Assembly (NCBI GenBank): GCA_045121315.1
Contig: JBGVFW010000425.1
Location: 1-42,936, forward strand
Length of the DNA: 42,936 nucleotides
Source: Eubacteriales bacterium
GTDB taxonomy: Bacteria; Bacillota; Clostridia; Oscillospirales; CAG-272
Direction of reading: 5' to 3'
Part shown: positions 7,695-16,160 of the stretch, one piece after another
Numbering within the stretch: position 1 is the first letter of the stretch
Layout of the letters: each line of letters begins with the position of its first letter
Made by a program: the position numbers and the translations under genes
Notes under the pieces: generated by a model
The model's database searches: none
The model's input: the letters and a program-made list of their open reading frames with translations, nothing else
Told to the model about the DNA's origin: nothing

Positions 7695-8831
7695 TTACTT
7701 ATTATCGTCCTCAATACTGTAATTTACGAGGGGTGTTGTGTCCTTATGATTATTTTTTTTACGAGTAAAATAAACAACTGTAAGTACAATAAATACCACG
7801 TTGATGATTGCGCTGATTATGAGCAATACCAACCAAACAGTATGGGATGTCTTATTGCAGAAAGGTTCTGTGGGGTCTGTGGGAACTTCAACAGTTACTT
7901 CAACAGTTTTTTCAACCTCAACGATCTTTTCAACTTCTTTTGTTACTTCAACGATCTTTTCAACTTCTTTTGTTACTTCAACAGTTTCAACGATCTTTTC
8001 GGGTTCTCTGTTGATGATCTCTGTAAGAGCTTTTACAGCGGCAACGAGAGCGTTTGCAGCGCTGTCTACGTCTGCCTGAACGTTGGATGTGAGCATTTCG
8101 TTAGCTTTGTTAACAGCGTCTACGAAATCCTTCCAAGCCTTTGTATCATCGTTTGTATCAAAGAGTTTCTGAGCGCTTTCGATAGCTGCGATAAGCGCTG
8201 TGCGGTCAATCTTAACCAAAGCCGCGATAGCTGCTTCGAGTTTGTTAGCGCCGTTGTCTACTCTGATCTGGCTTGTGCTCTTGAGAAGAGATTTAGCTTC
8301 GCTGAGAGCTGCAAGCATTGCTGTCCAGCTTTCGGAAGTATAGTCTGCTTTGGAAAGACCGTTTGCAGTGGCGATCTGTGCGTTGAGTTTGCTGTAATCG
8401 ACAACTACCGCAGAAGATGCTGCTACAACCTGAACCAATGTTGTTTCGGAGAACGTGCCCATGGAGCCGTCCTGATCAACGGATTCACCGCTGATAATTA
8501 CGTTGCAAATGTCGCCGACACTTGCCGTGCTCTTGATGGTAAGCTTAACTGTAACCGTGTAAGTTTTAGGTGTGAGAGATGTGTTTACATAGAATTTGTT
8601 GTTTGCGATAAGCTGGGAGTCTGTTACGCTGATATCAACGTTAGAGAAGATATCAGAGCCTGAGAAAGAAACCGTACCGGAAATACCGCAAACATTTTTA
8701 ACTGATGTTGTAATTGTAACTGTTTCACCGCGCGCGCCGGTGCTTGCCGCAGAAACGGGCAAGCACAGAGCACAGAACGCGAGTGACAAAACTATAATCA
8801 ATGCTAAAGTTTTATTAAATCTTTTCATCAT
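7695..8831 (-). CDS. Membrane-anchored surface protein: signal peptide, cohesin-like beta domain, two FIVAR-like repeats, V/E/K stalk, C-terminal TM
   Basis: Sec signal ending PVSA; beta-rich GETVTITTSVKN...TVKLTIKSTASVGD domain; FIVAR-like VDYSKLNAQIA...DYTSESW and IDRTALIAAIESA; EVTKEVEKIV repeats; TM VWLVLLIISAIINVVFIVLTVVYF plus a short tail. The cohesin call is by eye only. Confidence 0.72.
   Translation of the reverse strand: MMKRFNKTLALIIVLSLAFCALCLPVSAASTGARGETVTITTSVKNVCGISGTVSFSGSDIFSNVDISVTDSQLIANNKFYVNTSLTPKTYTVTVKLTIKSTASVGDICNVIISGESVDQDGSMGTFSETTLVQVVAASSAVVVDYSKLNAQIATANGLSKADYTSESWTAMLAALSEAKSLLKSTSQIRVDNGANKLEAAIAALVKIDRTALIAAIESAQKLFDTNDDTKAWKDFVDAVNKANEMLTSNVQADVDSAANALVAAVKALTEIINREPEKIVETVEVTKEVEKIVEVTKEVEKIVEVEKTVEVTVEVPTDPTEPFCNKTSHTVWLVLLIISAIINVVFIVLTVVYFTRKKNNHKDTTPLVNYSIEDDNK
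7921..7980. repeat. Exact 2 x 30-bp coding tandem repeat (EVTKEVEKIV), with degenerate flanking copies
   Basis: ACGATCTTTTCAACTTCTTTTGTTACTTCA at 7921-7950 and 7951-7980. Confidence 0.95.
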
Positions 8832-8843
8832 TCTGCCTCCAAA

Positions 8844-11800
8844 TTATTTCTGTTCCAAATCGGAATTGTAAGAATCGTCATCGCCGTTCCAAGATGTATA
8901 TTTGATAGCCATCTTGTATGTATCACCGATATTGATAGCCTTATCCTGGTTCATATCAGCCGCGAGCATACCTGCTTCGTCAAGAGTGATAACGCCCGTG
9001 TAGTGCTGAGCTACCGTGTATGCGTCACCGATGTTGATAACACCGTCTGCGTTTGTATCACCCATGATGATAAGCGTGTAAGTTGCCGTAGCAGAGCCTT
9101 TTGCGTTGCTTGCAACAACCACAACCTTGTCGCCGTTGCAAATAAGGCCTGTTCTTTCATTACCTTCTCTGTCGAGAACAGTTACTTCGATCTTGTCGGC
9201 GTTCGTAGCTTTAAAGATCACGTGGCTGATCTCTTCAGCTGTAAGACCTTCGGGGGTTGTATCAAGGAAGAGGATACCGTCGGATACTTCATAGCCTGCG
9301 ATAACGTCTTCGCTCGCTTCGAGGTCAATAGCAGGGTCTTCTATAGTGATATCGCCTGCTTCGGAGAAGAGCTTGAGAGAGATGGCAACGTCAACGTTGT
9401 AACCCTTAACGTTTTCACGTTCGAATGTGTATGTAGCGTATGTGCCGTCTACCTTGAAACCTTTAAGCGTTGTAGCGGGACCAGTGATATCGAGTTTTGT
9501 AAGAACAACGCCCGCGATATCGATGAGGTCGCCGTAAACAGCTTCGAGTTCAACAACGGCTTTGGATGTGAGACCGAGTTTTGTAAGCATAGCTTCACAA
9601 GTTGTGGAAGAAAGTGCTTTGAGTGCCGCGATAACCTGAGCAGCGCTTACTTTTTCAAGAGCTGCAAGGAGGTCTTCCGTTTCGCCGCTTGTGAAGTAAA
9701 CTTCAAGAGCGGAAACGAGTGCGTCTTTCTGAGCGCCGTCTGCCATGGAGTATGCAACTGCTGTGCCGATAAGAGCTGCATAGTCGTGATTGGAGGAGAA
9801 ATCGATTTCAATATTAGCGGAAGCATCATATTCAAGTTCGAGTCCTGCGTTGTAGTTAACGTCTGTTACGTTGAGGTAGAGGTGGTTTACGGTAACTGTT
9901 CCGTCAAGGCTTTCGCAAAGTTTTGCAAGTTCAGCTTTTTCATCTTCCGTACCAACAACAACTACGGAGATAACACCGGATTTTTCGATATTGGGAACAA
10001 TATCAAGTGTGATGTAACCGTTTTCAATTCTCAAAGGAGAAATATCCCAAGCTTTTGTTGCGTAATCGTAGGAAGCAACAGCTGTGCCTTCTTCGATAGC
10101 GGATTTAAGAGCGTCAAAGTCGCAAACGTCTTCAACAACGGTGTTGATGAAGTTTGTAAGAGCAGGCCACTTGATGAAATCGAGTGCTGTGTTAGCAAGG
10201 TCTGCCTTTGTGCTGTCAAGGTAGCTTACAGCATCGTAAATTTCAATGCCGTATACCTTTTCGCCGTTGAGTGTCATTTCTGCGTTTGCGAACATATTGA
10301 GTGCCACGTCAAACGCAACGTCAACGAGCATAGGCTTGAGGTCAGGGAAGTTTGCTTTGTTGAGGAAGTCTGCGGAAAGGTTGATGGTAATGTTACCGTT
10401 TTCTTCAACAACTGTATAGATAGCGTTGGAAACGTAGCCTGTTTCAGTTACTTCATAGCCCTTGGGAAGCATTGTTGTAACGTCGCAGGAGTATTTACCG
10501 CCTGTGATAACGAAGTTACCGGAAAGGTTGCCGTTTACAGCGCCGCATTCTGTAGAAGCAAGGCTGTCAACGATTCTTACAGTACCCTTCGCTGTGATAT
10601 CACCGTTGATAGTTTTACCGTTAAGGTTAATGAATGCATTATTGTTGATAGTAACAGTTTTATCAAGAATTACGTCGGAGAGAAGAATCACTACTGCGTT
10701 GTTGCCAAGTTTTCCAAGAACGTTTTCAAGGTCGTTTGTTGCATAGTACTTGTTAAGAATACCTTCTGCGCTGTAGTCAAATACGAGTGCTTCGTATTCT
10801 TCATCAAGACCGTTAACTTCAAGAGAGAAGTCAACTTTAAGACCGTCGCTGTCTGCGCCTGCTTCAGCAATGAACTGAAGGAGAGCTTCATCGAGGTTGA
10901 GAGCGAGGAGCTTATCGCGGATAATGAAGGAGATAGAGCCTTCATAATATGTGCCTTCACCTTCAAGTTCAAGGTTAAGGAGATAGTTAACTACTTTGCG
11001 GCCAAGTTCGAAATAGCTTTCATATGCGGAAAGATCGAGGTTTTGGCCAAGTTTCGCAGCCGTAGCTTCAACAGCTTCGAGAGTGAATTCGGGATCTGCA
11101 AAGAGTTCTTTGATAAGAGATATTTCGTATGCAAGGTTATCCTTTGTATTTGCTGCAGTTACGTCTGCAAGGTCAACTCTGCCCGTGAGAGCCATCTGTG
11201 CAATGTAGTATGCATATACAGCCCTGGGAGCATTGATAGATATATTGTATCTGCCGTTACCGCACTGGAAGTTAACAAAGGATTTAACGGATGCGAGCAT
11301 GCTATCAAGCTTTTTAAGAGTTGCAGCATCGCCACTCATTGTGATGTAGAGGTCATAAACGTTTGTAACCTCATCAAGAGCGAGTGTAGATGTGATAAGT
11401 TCTGCACCAACTGTGTTGCCGCCGGCAATAGATGTGTAACCGTCGAGTTTAGCGGGAACGATTTTGCCGTTTGCATCGATAGCGCCTGTGATCTTGTCAA
11501 GGCCGAGGTCGCTGTCTGCGATCATATCGATAAGGGACTGGATAGAAACGGAAAGACCGTTCCAGAATTCATATCCGCCAATGTAAACATAATCTGCGCT
11601 TGCAATGGCTGTGGACATATTCTTAACAGCGGACATAAGAGCGTCCTGACCTACCGTTGCAACGGAAGCGTCCATATTAAGAACGAGAACTATCTTGCCG
11701 TCCTTGCTTTCAAGAGCGGAGAAGGAGATACCGGCAGATTTAAGTGCATCGTTAAGTGCCGTTGTGAAGTTTACAATGTCTTCGCGGGAAAGAATAACCT

Positions 11801-14800
11801 TTTCGCGTGTGATCTTGAGTGTGCCATTCGCAAAGAGTGTCTTGAGTTCAGCAGGTGTGAACGTAATGCTCATGCCCTGTGCAACTTCTTTGCCATTTAC
11901 TGTATAAACGTATTTAGCACCGCCGTCCGTGCATACGGGAAGCTTAACTTCCGTATTGTCGGAGTAGATAGTAACGGATGCTTCGCCCTCTATCTCAACT
12001 GTGTAAGATTTGGGAGCGTAAGTAATAGTGATGGCAATAGGACCATTAAATGTGTCGCCTTCGGAAGGAATATCGCCAACAACTTTTACATCGTAAAGTT
12101 CTTTGTCTATTGTGAGCTTGTTCTGAAGCGATGTGATAAGAGAATTGATCTTATCAACGTCGTTCTTGGAGAACGTCTGACCTACTGTGAAAGTAAGGCT
12201 GTTTGTTGCGGACTGACCGCCGAGAGGTTCGCCGTTGGAGCCGTAAGCCGCTACGTTTACAACGATTCTCTTCATACCGGAAACCGTACCGCTTACGTAT
12301 TCAATAAGCTGTGTAACGTTACCCTTGCCGTAGTCCTTCGTTGTGCCATTTGCAGCCGCGATAGCGGAAGCAAGAGCATTGAGTGCATCAAGGCTTGCGT
12401 TTGTATCGATATAGGGATTTATATCGAGAGCGCTGAGCTGTGCCTTGTAGCTTGCAAATGTTTCGTCGATATCTGCGATCTTGTCAACGTAATCCTGAGC
12501 GTTACCGCCGATAAGACCTGCGTTTGCAAGGATGAAATCATCAAGATAATCGTCAGCCGCGATAACTTCGAAATAATTTGCAAGAGTTTCAATCTCTTTC
12601 TTCAAATCCTGAGCGTTTGTACCTGTATAGAGGTAAGCAAGGCCGCCGTTCTGGTAATCTGTAAGAGATTCGAGGATATAGAAGCCGTTATCGCCAAGGC
12701 ATTCAAGCTTCATAGCAGCCGCAGCATCCTTTGTTTCCTGCTTGAATCCATCTGTGTTTGCGATCAAATTGAAGAGAGTGCCTGCCATATTGTTAAGAGT
12801 TGTAAGGTTGCTGTAAACCGCACCGTTCTTGTCGGACAAAGGATCGAGAAGAGCCTTCTGTGCATTTGCTTCTGTTGCGAGTTTGTGAGGAAGATTTGTG
12901 TAATCGTCCGTTGCGCCCGTAGCAAATACAAGCTGGTATGCAACTTTGATTTCAGTAACAGTACCTGTGTAATCAAAGGTTTCTTCGGTTGTGTTGTTAA
13001 ATGTAACTGTCACACCGGTATTCTGTGTTCCATTGTAAACAAAACCGATAAAGGGCTCCCATTCAAGGTCAGCAAAACCGGAAGCAAGTTTTTTAGCAGT
13101 TACTTTGTATGTATCTTCGTCAACAGCAGTTACTTCAACAAGTTCTTCGTCAAGACCTACGGGTGTTCTGTAGTAGATCTTGTCGCTCTTGATAGCTGTA
13201 TAATAAAGGATGGATTTCGCGCCGTCACTATATTCTGTTCCGGGGAAGTAGCTGTTAGCAATAACTTCGCGGAAGATATATCCCGTTGTTGCCTTACCTT
13301 CTGTACGAGTGATAACTGTGTTACCTGTTACGCGATATGTAAGACCTTCGCGCATAGGTTCGCCGTTTACCTTATAGTCGTAAGACTTGGAACCGTCGAA
13401 GTTTTCCTGAGCATATGTTTTAAGTGTCTGAACATAGCCATAAGGAACACTTGTAATTGTGCCGCAGAAATCAAGGTCATATTTAACGGGTTCAAATATT
13501 ACTGTACAAACTATATCGCTTGTAAGTGTGTCACCAAGCTTATTGTAGTCAACTATAGCATAATTTGTTTCATTGATTTTATAAGACTTTGTTGTTTCGT
13601 CAGCAGCCCAAGCAGTAATAGCGTCGGTAATAACGCCCGTTTCTTTGATAGCTGCGATAACATCAGCCTTTGCCGCGCCCTTGTCAAGCGTAACAACAAC
13701 TGTCTTTTCGGAAACTACAGGTGTGAGCGTTGCATTGTCCGCAACGTCGCCCTTAACAACGTTTGCCTGAACTTTAACAGTTACGTTAAACTGGTCAACA
13801 CCCTGTTTAAGTGTTACAGAAGCAGCAGGATATTCAGGCATAAAAGATACTGCAACATAAGGAACCGTGCCACCCTCTGCAAGTGCAACGACAGCATCGT
13901 TAAGAGCGGAAAGCTCTGCTGTTGTAGCTGTGGACTTGATGAGGTTGTGGTTGATGAATTCCCAATTAGCGGAATCAACTGTACTCAACTTGTTGCTAAC
14001 GCTTACAAGGGAATTAAAGCCGTTTTTGTATAACGTAGCCTCTGCTGCGCCTACATATCCCAGTTGTACAAGAAGATCAAGCTGGCCAAGAACAGTTCTA
14101 AAACCTGACTCTGCATCAACAAGAACCTCAATAATATCGCGAATTCTTTCAAAAGCTTCTTTGGCTTTTGCACCGTTAGCGAGCATATACTCAACCTTAT
14201 TTTCGGCAGCGTTATATTCTGCGATAAGCTTGGATATCTCAAGCTTATTGCCGTTTGCCGTGTATTCTGCGTAGAGATTGCCCATAGCATCACGAGTATT
14301 GCCAGTAAGGCTTACACTGCCGGAGCCAAATGAAATACCAGGTGTGTGCAATTTGTAAAGTTCGGGAATTGCAGCTTCAACAAGCTCAATGTCCCCTGCA
14401 AGTGCCGCAACATCATCCATGTTAACGATACCATTGGCAAGGTAAGCAGGAGCTTTTACGAGCTTATCAACCATTTCGTCAGCAATAGCAACGGAAACAA
14501 CATATGTAACTTCGATACTGTAGTTGTTGGAATCGCATTCGAAAGAGCCCTTGCCATTTGCGTCAAGAGTGATTTCAGAAGTCTGGTTGTTGCCGTAAAC
14601 CAACTGAACCTTTGCAGGCTTCCAAGTATAGTTGCCAGCAACATAGTTCTTTACTTCAACTTTCTTATTTTCTTTGTCTATAATGATAAGATCTGCCTTA
14701 TCATCATCTGTCGGAGCTGTTATAATGTGTTCGCTTCCGACAAGTGCCGTGCAATGCAAAACAGCTTTTTCGCCATCAGACAAAAAGTCGCCTGCATATC

Positions 14801-14957
14801 CGGCAATAATTTTTGCATCGGTCGTTGTTACCGATGTAGAACCTGAGAGTACAACTGTTCCCGAATTATCCGAAGCAAAAACGCCGATGTTGATACAGCC
14901 AACGATAATTGCAATCGACAAAACCATGGAAACAATACGTAAAATTGATTTTTTCAC
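8844..14957 (-). CDS. Giant secreted protein (2037 aa) with an internal ~500-aa duplication and a C-terminal type I-like dockerin
   Basis: GTG start with GGGGGA RBS; Sec signal ending GVFA. C-terminal duplicated Ca-binding loops GDTNADGVINIGD and ADMNQDKAINIGD, preceded by an Ig-like segment. No catalytic motif recognised. Confidence 0.85.
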   Translation of the reverse strand: MKKSILRIVSMVLSIAIIVGCINIGVFASDNSGTVVLSGSTSVTTTDAKIIAGYAGDFLSDGEKAVLHCTALVGSEHIITAPTDDDKADLIIIDKENKKVEVKNYVAGNYTWKPAKVQLVYGNNQTSEITLDANGKGSFECDSNNYSIEVTYVVSVAIADEMVDKLVKAPAYLANGIVNMDDVAALAGDIELVEAAIPELYKLHTPGISFGSGSVSLTGNTRDAMGNLYAEYTANGNKLEISKLIAEYNAAENKVEYMLANGAKAKEAFERIRDIIEVLVDAESGFRTVLGQLDLLVQLGYVGAAEATLYKNGFNSLVSVSNKLSTVDSANWEFINHNLIKSTATTAELSALNDAVVALAEGGTVPYVAVSFMPEYPAASVTLKQGVDQFNVTVKVQANVVKGDVADNATLTPVVSEKTVVVTLDKGAAKADVIAAIKETGVITDAITAWAADETTKSYKINETNYAIVDYNKLGDTLTSDIVCTVIFEPVKYDLDFCGTITSVPYGYVQTLKTYAQENFDGSKSYDYKVNGEPMREGLTYRVTGNTVITRTEGKATTGYIFREVIANSYFPGTEYSDGAKSILYYTAIKSDKIYYRTPVGLDEELVEVTAVDEDTYKVTAKKLASGFADLEWEPFIGFVYNGTQNTGVTVTFNNTTEETFDYTGTVTEIKVAYQLVFATGATDDYTNLPHKLATEANAQKALLDPLSDKNGAVYSNLTTLNNMAGTLFNLIANTDGFKQETKDAAAAMKLECLGDNGFYILESLTDYQNGGLAYLYTGTNAQDLKKEIETLANYFEVIAADDYLDDFILANAGLIGGNAQDYVDKIADIDETFASYKAQLSALDINPYIDTNASLDALNALASAIAAANGTTKDYGKGNVTQLIEYVSGTVSGMKRIVVNVAAYGSNGEPLGGQSATNSLTFTVGQTFSKNDVDKINSLITSLQNKLTIDKELYDVKVVGDIPSEGDTFNGPIAITITYAPKSYTVEIEGEASVTIYSDNTEVKLPVCTDGGAKYVYTVNGKEVAQGMSITFTPAELKTLFANGTLKITREKVILSREDIVNFTTALNDALKSAGISFSALESKDGKIVLVLNMDASVATVGQDALMSAVKNMSTAIASADYVYIGGYEFWNGLSVSIQSLIDMIADSDLGLDKITGAIDANGKIVPAKLDGYTSIAGGNTVGAELITSTLALDEVTNVYDLYITMSGDAATLKKLDSMLASVKSFVNFQCGNGRYNISINAPRAVYAYYIAQMALTGRVDLADVTAANTKDNLAYEISLIKELFADPEFTLEAVEATAAKLGQNLDLSAYESYFELGRKVVNYLLNLELEGEGTYYEGSISFIIRDKLLALNLDEALLQFIAEAGADSDGLKVDFSLEVNGLDEEYEALVFDYSAEGILNKYYATNDLENVLGKLGNNAVVILLSDVILDKTVTINNNAFINLNGKTINGDITAKGTVRIVDSLASTECGAVNGNLSGNFVITGGKYSCDVTTMLPKGYEVTETGYVSNAIYTVVEENGNITINLSADFLNKANFPDLKPMLVDVAFDVALNMFANAEMTLNGEKVYGIEIYDAVSYLDSTKADLANTALDFIKWPALTNFINTVVEDVCDFDALKSAIEEGTAVASYDYATKAWDISPLRIENGYITLDIVPNIEKSGVISVVVVGTEDEKAELAKLCESLDGTVTVNHLYLNVTDVNYNAGLELEYDASANIEIDFSSNHDYAALIGTAVAYSMADGAQKDALVSALEVYFTSGETEDLLAALEKVSAAQVIAALKALSSTTCEAMLTKLGLTSKAVVELEAVYGDLIDIAGVVLTKLDITGPATTLKGFKVDGTYATYTFERENVKGYNVDVAISLKLFSEAGDITIEDPAIDLEASEDVIAGYEVSDGILFLDTTPEGLTAEEISHVIFKATNADKIEVTVLDREGNERTGLICNGDKVVVVASNAKGSATATYTLIIMGDTNADGVINIGDAYTVAQHYTGVITLDEAGMLAADMNQDKAINIGDTYKMAIKYTSWNGDDDSYNSDLEQK

Positions 14958-15098
14958 AGTTCTTTCCCCCTAAAAAATTTTTGTTTCTTTGTGTCAAAAC
15001 GGGCAAAATCGAGGAATTTCGGACCATTTGTTACCAAAATGTTAAAATTCCCATCAAAATTCAGAATTTCGACATTAAAGACACGTATAACTATACCC

Positions 15099-15127
15099 AT
15101 AATACCATTTTTAGTCTTTGGTGTCAA
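15099..15127 (-). promoter_or_regulatory. Sigma-A promoter of the surface locus
   Basis: TTGACA (15127-15122), 17 bp, TATTAT (15104-15099), with TG extension. Confidence 0.75.
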
Positions 15128-15366
15128 TATATTTTTTTAATTCAATTCTCCTTTTACTACGCCAATTTTTGCCTTGTGATAAAATTCAACACAAAAATAA
15201 GGTCTCTTCAAAGGAATAAACGAACTAAAAAAGCGTTTTTCACAAAATTCTTCATTTTATATATATACGCTTATATATACGCTCGCGTATACCGTTTTAT
15301 TTCTCTTTACAAGAAAAAATATATTGATTAACTTTTTAATTTTGTATGAATTTTTATATAAAATCA

Positions 15367-15395
15367 TTGACAAATTATATAATCAATGCTACAAT
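15367..15395 (+). promoter_or_regulatory. Sigma-A promoter for the RHH gene / clpB
   Basis: TTGACA, 17 bp, TACAAT, with TG extension. Confidence 0.75.
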
Positions 15396-15425
15396 ATTTA
15401 CATAGAAGAAACAGAGGTGCAAAAC

Positions 15426-16079
15426 ATGAAAAAAAGCGTTTACTCCGTCGTTCTTTCCGATGACGTTATAGCGGAAGTTGACAGACTCGCATATATCAAA
15501 AACACTAACCGTTCCAACATGATAAATCAAATCCTGGCTGAATACGTTTCGCTGACAACCCCCGAAAAAAGAATAGGAGATATTTTTGACGAACTCGCTT
15601 CGCTGCTTTACGCAGGAGAAACATTTCGTGAACTTGCTCCCCCCACCCCCTCGGTCATGTCCCTGCGCTCAGCTCTTTCCTATAAATATAATCCCACAGT
15701 CAAATACGCCGTGGAGCTTTACCGTGAGCCAAAAGGCGCCCAAGGTGAAATAAGAGTTTCTACAAGAACCCAAAACTCCGCGCTCATTTTGGAAATGCTT
15801 CATTTTTATAATATATGGGCAAGTATTGAAGCGCGTTACGGCTTTTCCGGGCAAAATGAATTTGAAGACGGCGTTTTCCACCGGCCAATAATCCTTCGCG
15901 AAAGCCCTGTGCCGAGCGCAAAAGCAAAAAGCAGTCTTTCCGCAGGAGAAATGATCGCAGAATACATTTCCCTGTTTGACAGCGCGATGAAAACATATTT
16001 TGCAGACGGCGATGACGCTGTGCGCAAGATTTCCGCGATGTACTACGATTACCTTTTAAAAAACAGCGAAATAATCTAG
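15426..16079 (+). CDS. Ribbon-helix-helix (CopG-like) N-terminal domain protein, 217 aa
   Basis: Start reassigned to ATG 15426 behind GAGGTG. SVYSVVLSDDVIAEVDRLAYIKNTNRSNMINQILAEYV fits the beta-helix-helix RHH pattern. Confidence 0.7.
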   Translation: MKKSVYSVVLSDDVIAEVDRLAYIKNTNRSNMINQILAEYVSLTTPEKRIGDIFDELASLLYAGETFRELAPPTPSVMSLRSALSYKYNPTVKYAVELYREPKGAQGEIRVSTRTQNSALILEMLHFYNIWASIEARYGFSGQNEFEDGVFHRPIILRESPVPSAKAKSSLSAGEMIAEYISLFDSAMKTYFADGDDAVRKISAMYYDYLLKNSEII

Positions 16080-16160
16080 CATAAACTCGACATTCGCGTA
16101 ATATCTCACATTTTGCCACAGGCAAAATATTTTACTCTTATTACAAGGAGGAATAAATAT

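Noticed and set aside
7880-8000. CRISPR-like repeats
   Set aside because: The repeats are contiguous, in frame and lack unique spacers; this is a coding tandem repeat.
9003-14033. 1676-aa plus-strand ORF
   Set aside because: Antisense shadow of the 2037-aa gene: Cys/Phe/Val-rich, no motifs, no RBS. Biased codon usage on the coding strand explains the lack of stops.
14958-15098. c-di-GMP riboswitch in the leader of the surface locus
   Set aside because: Looked for because of the HD-GYP/EAL gene. No GNRA tetraloop/receptor pair or c-di-GMP-I/II consensus is visible.
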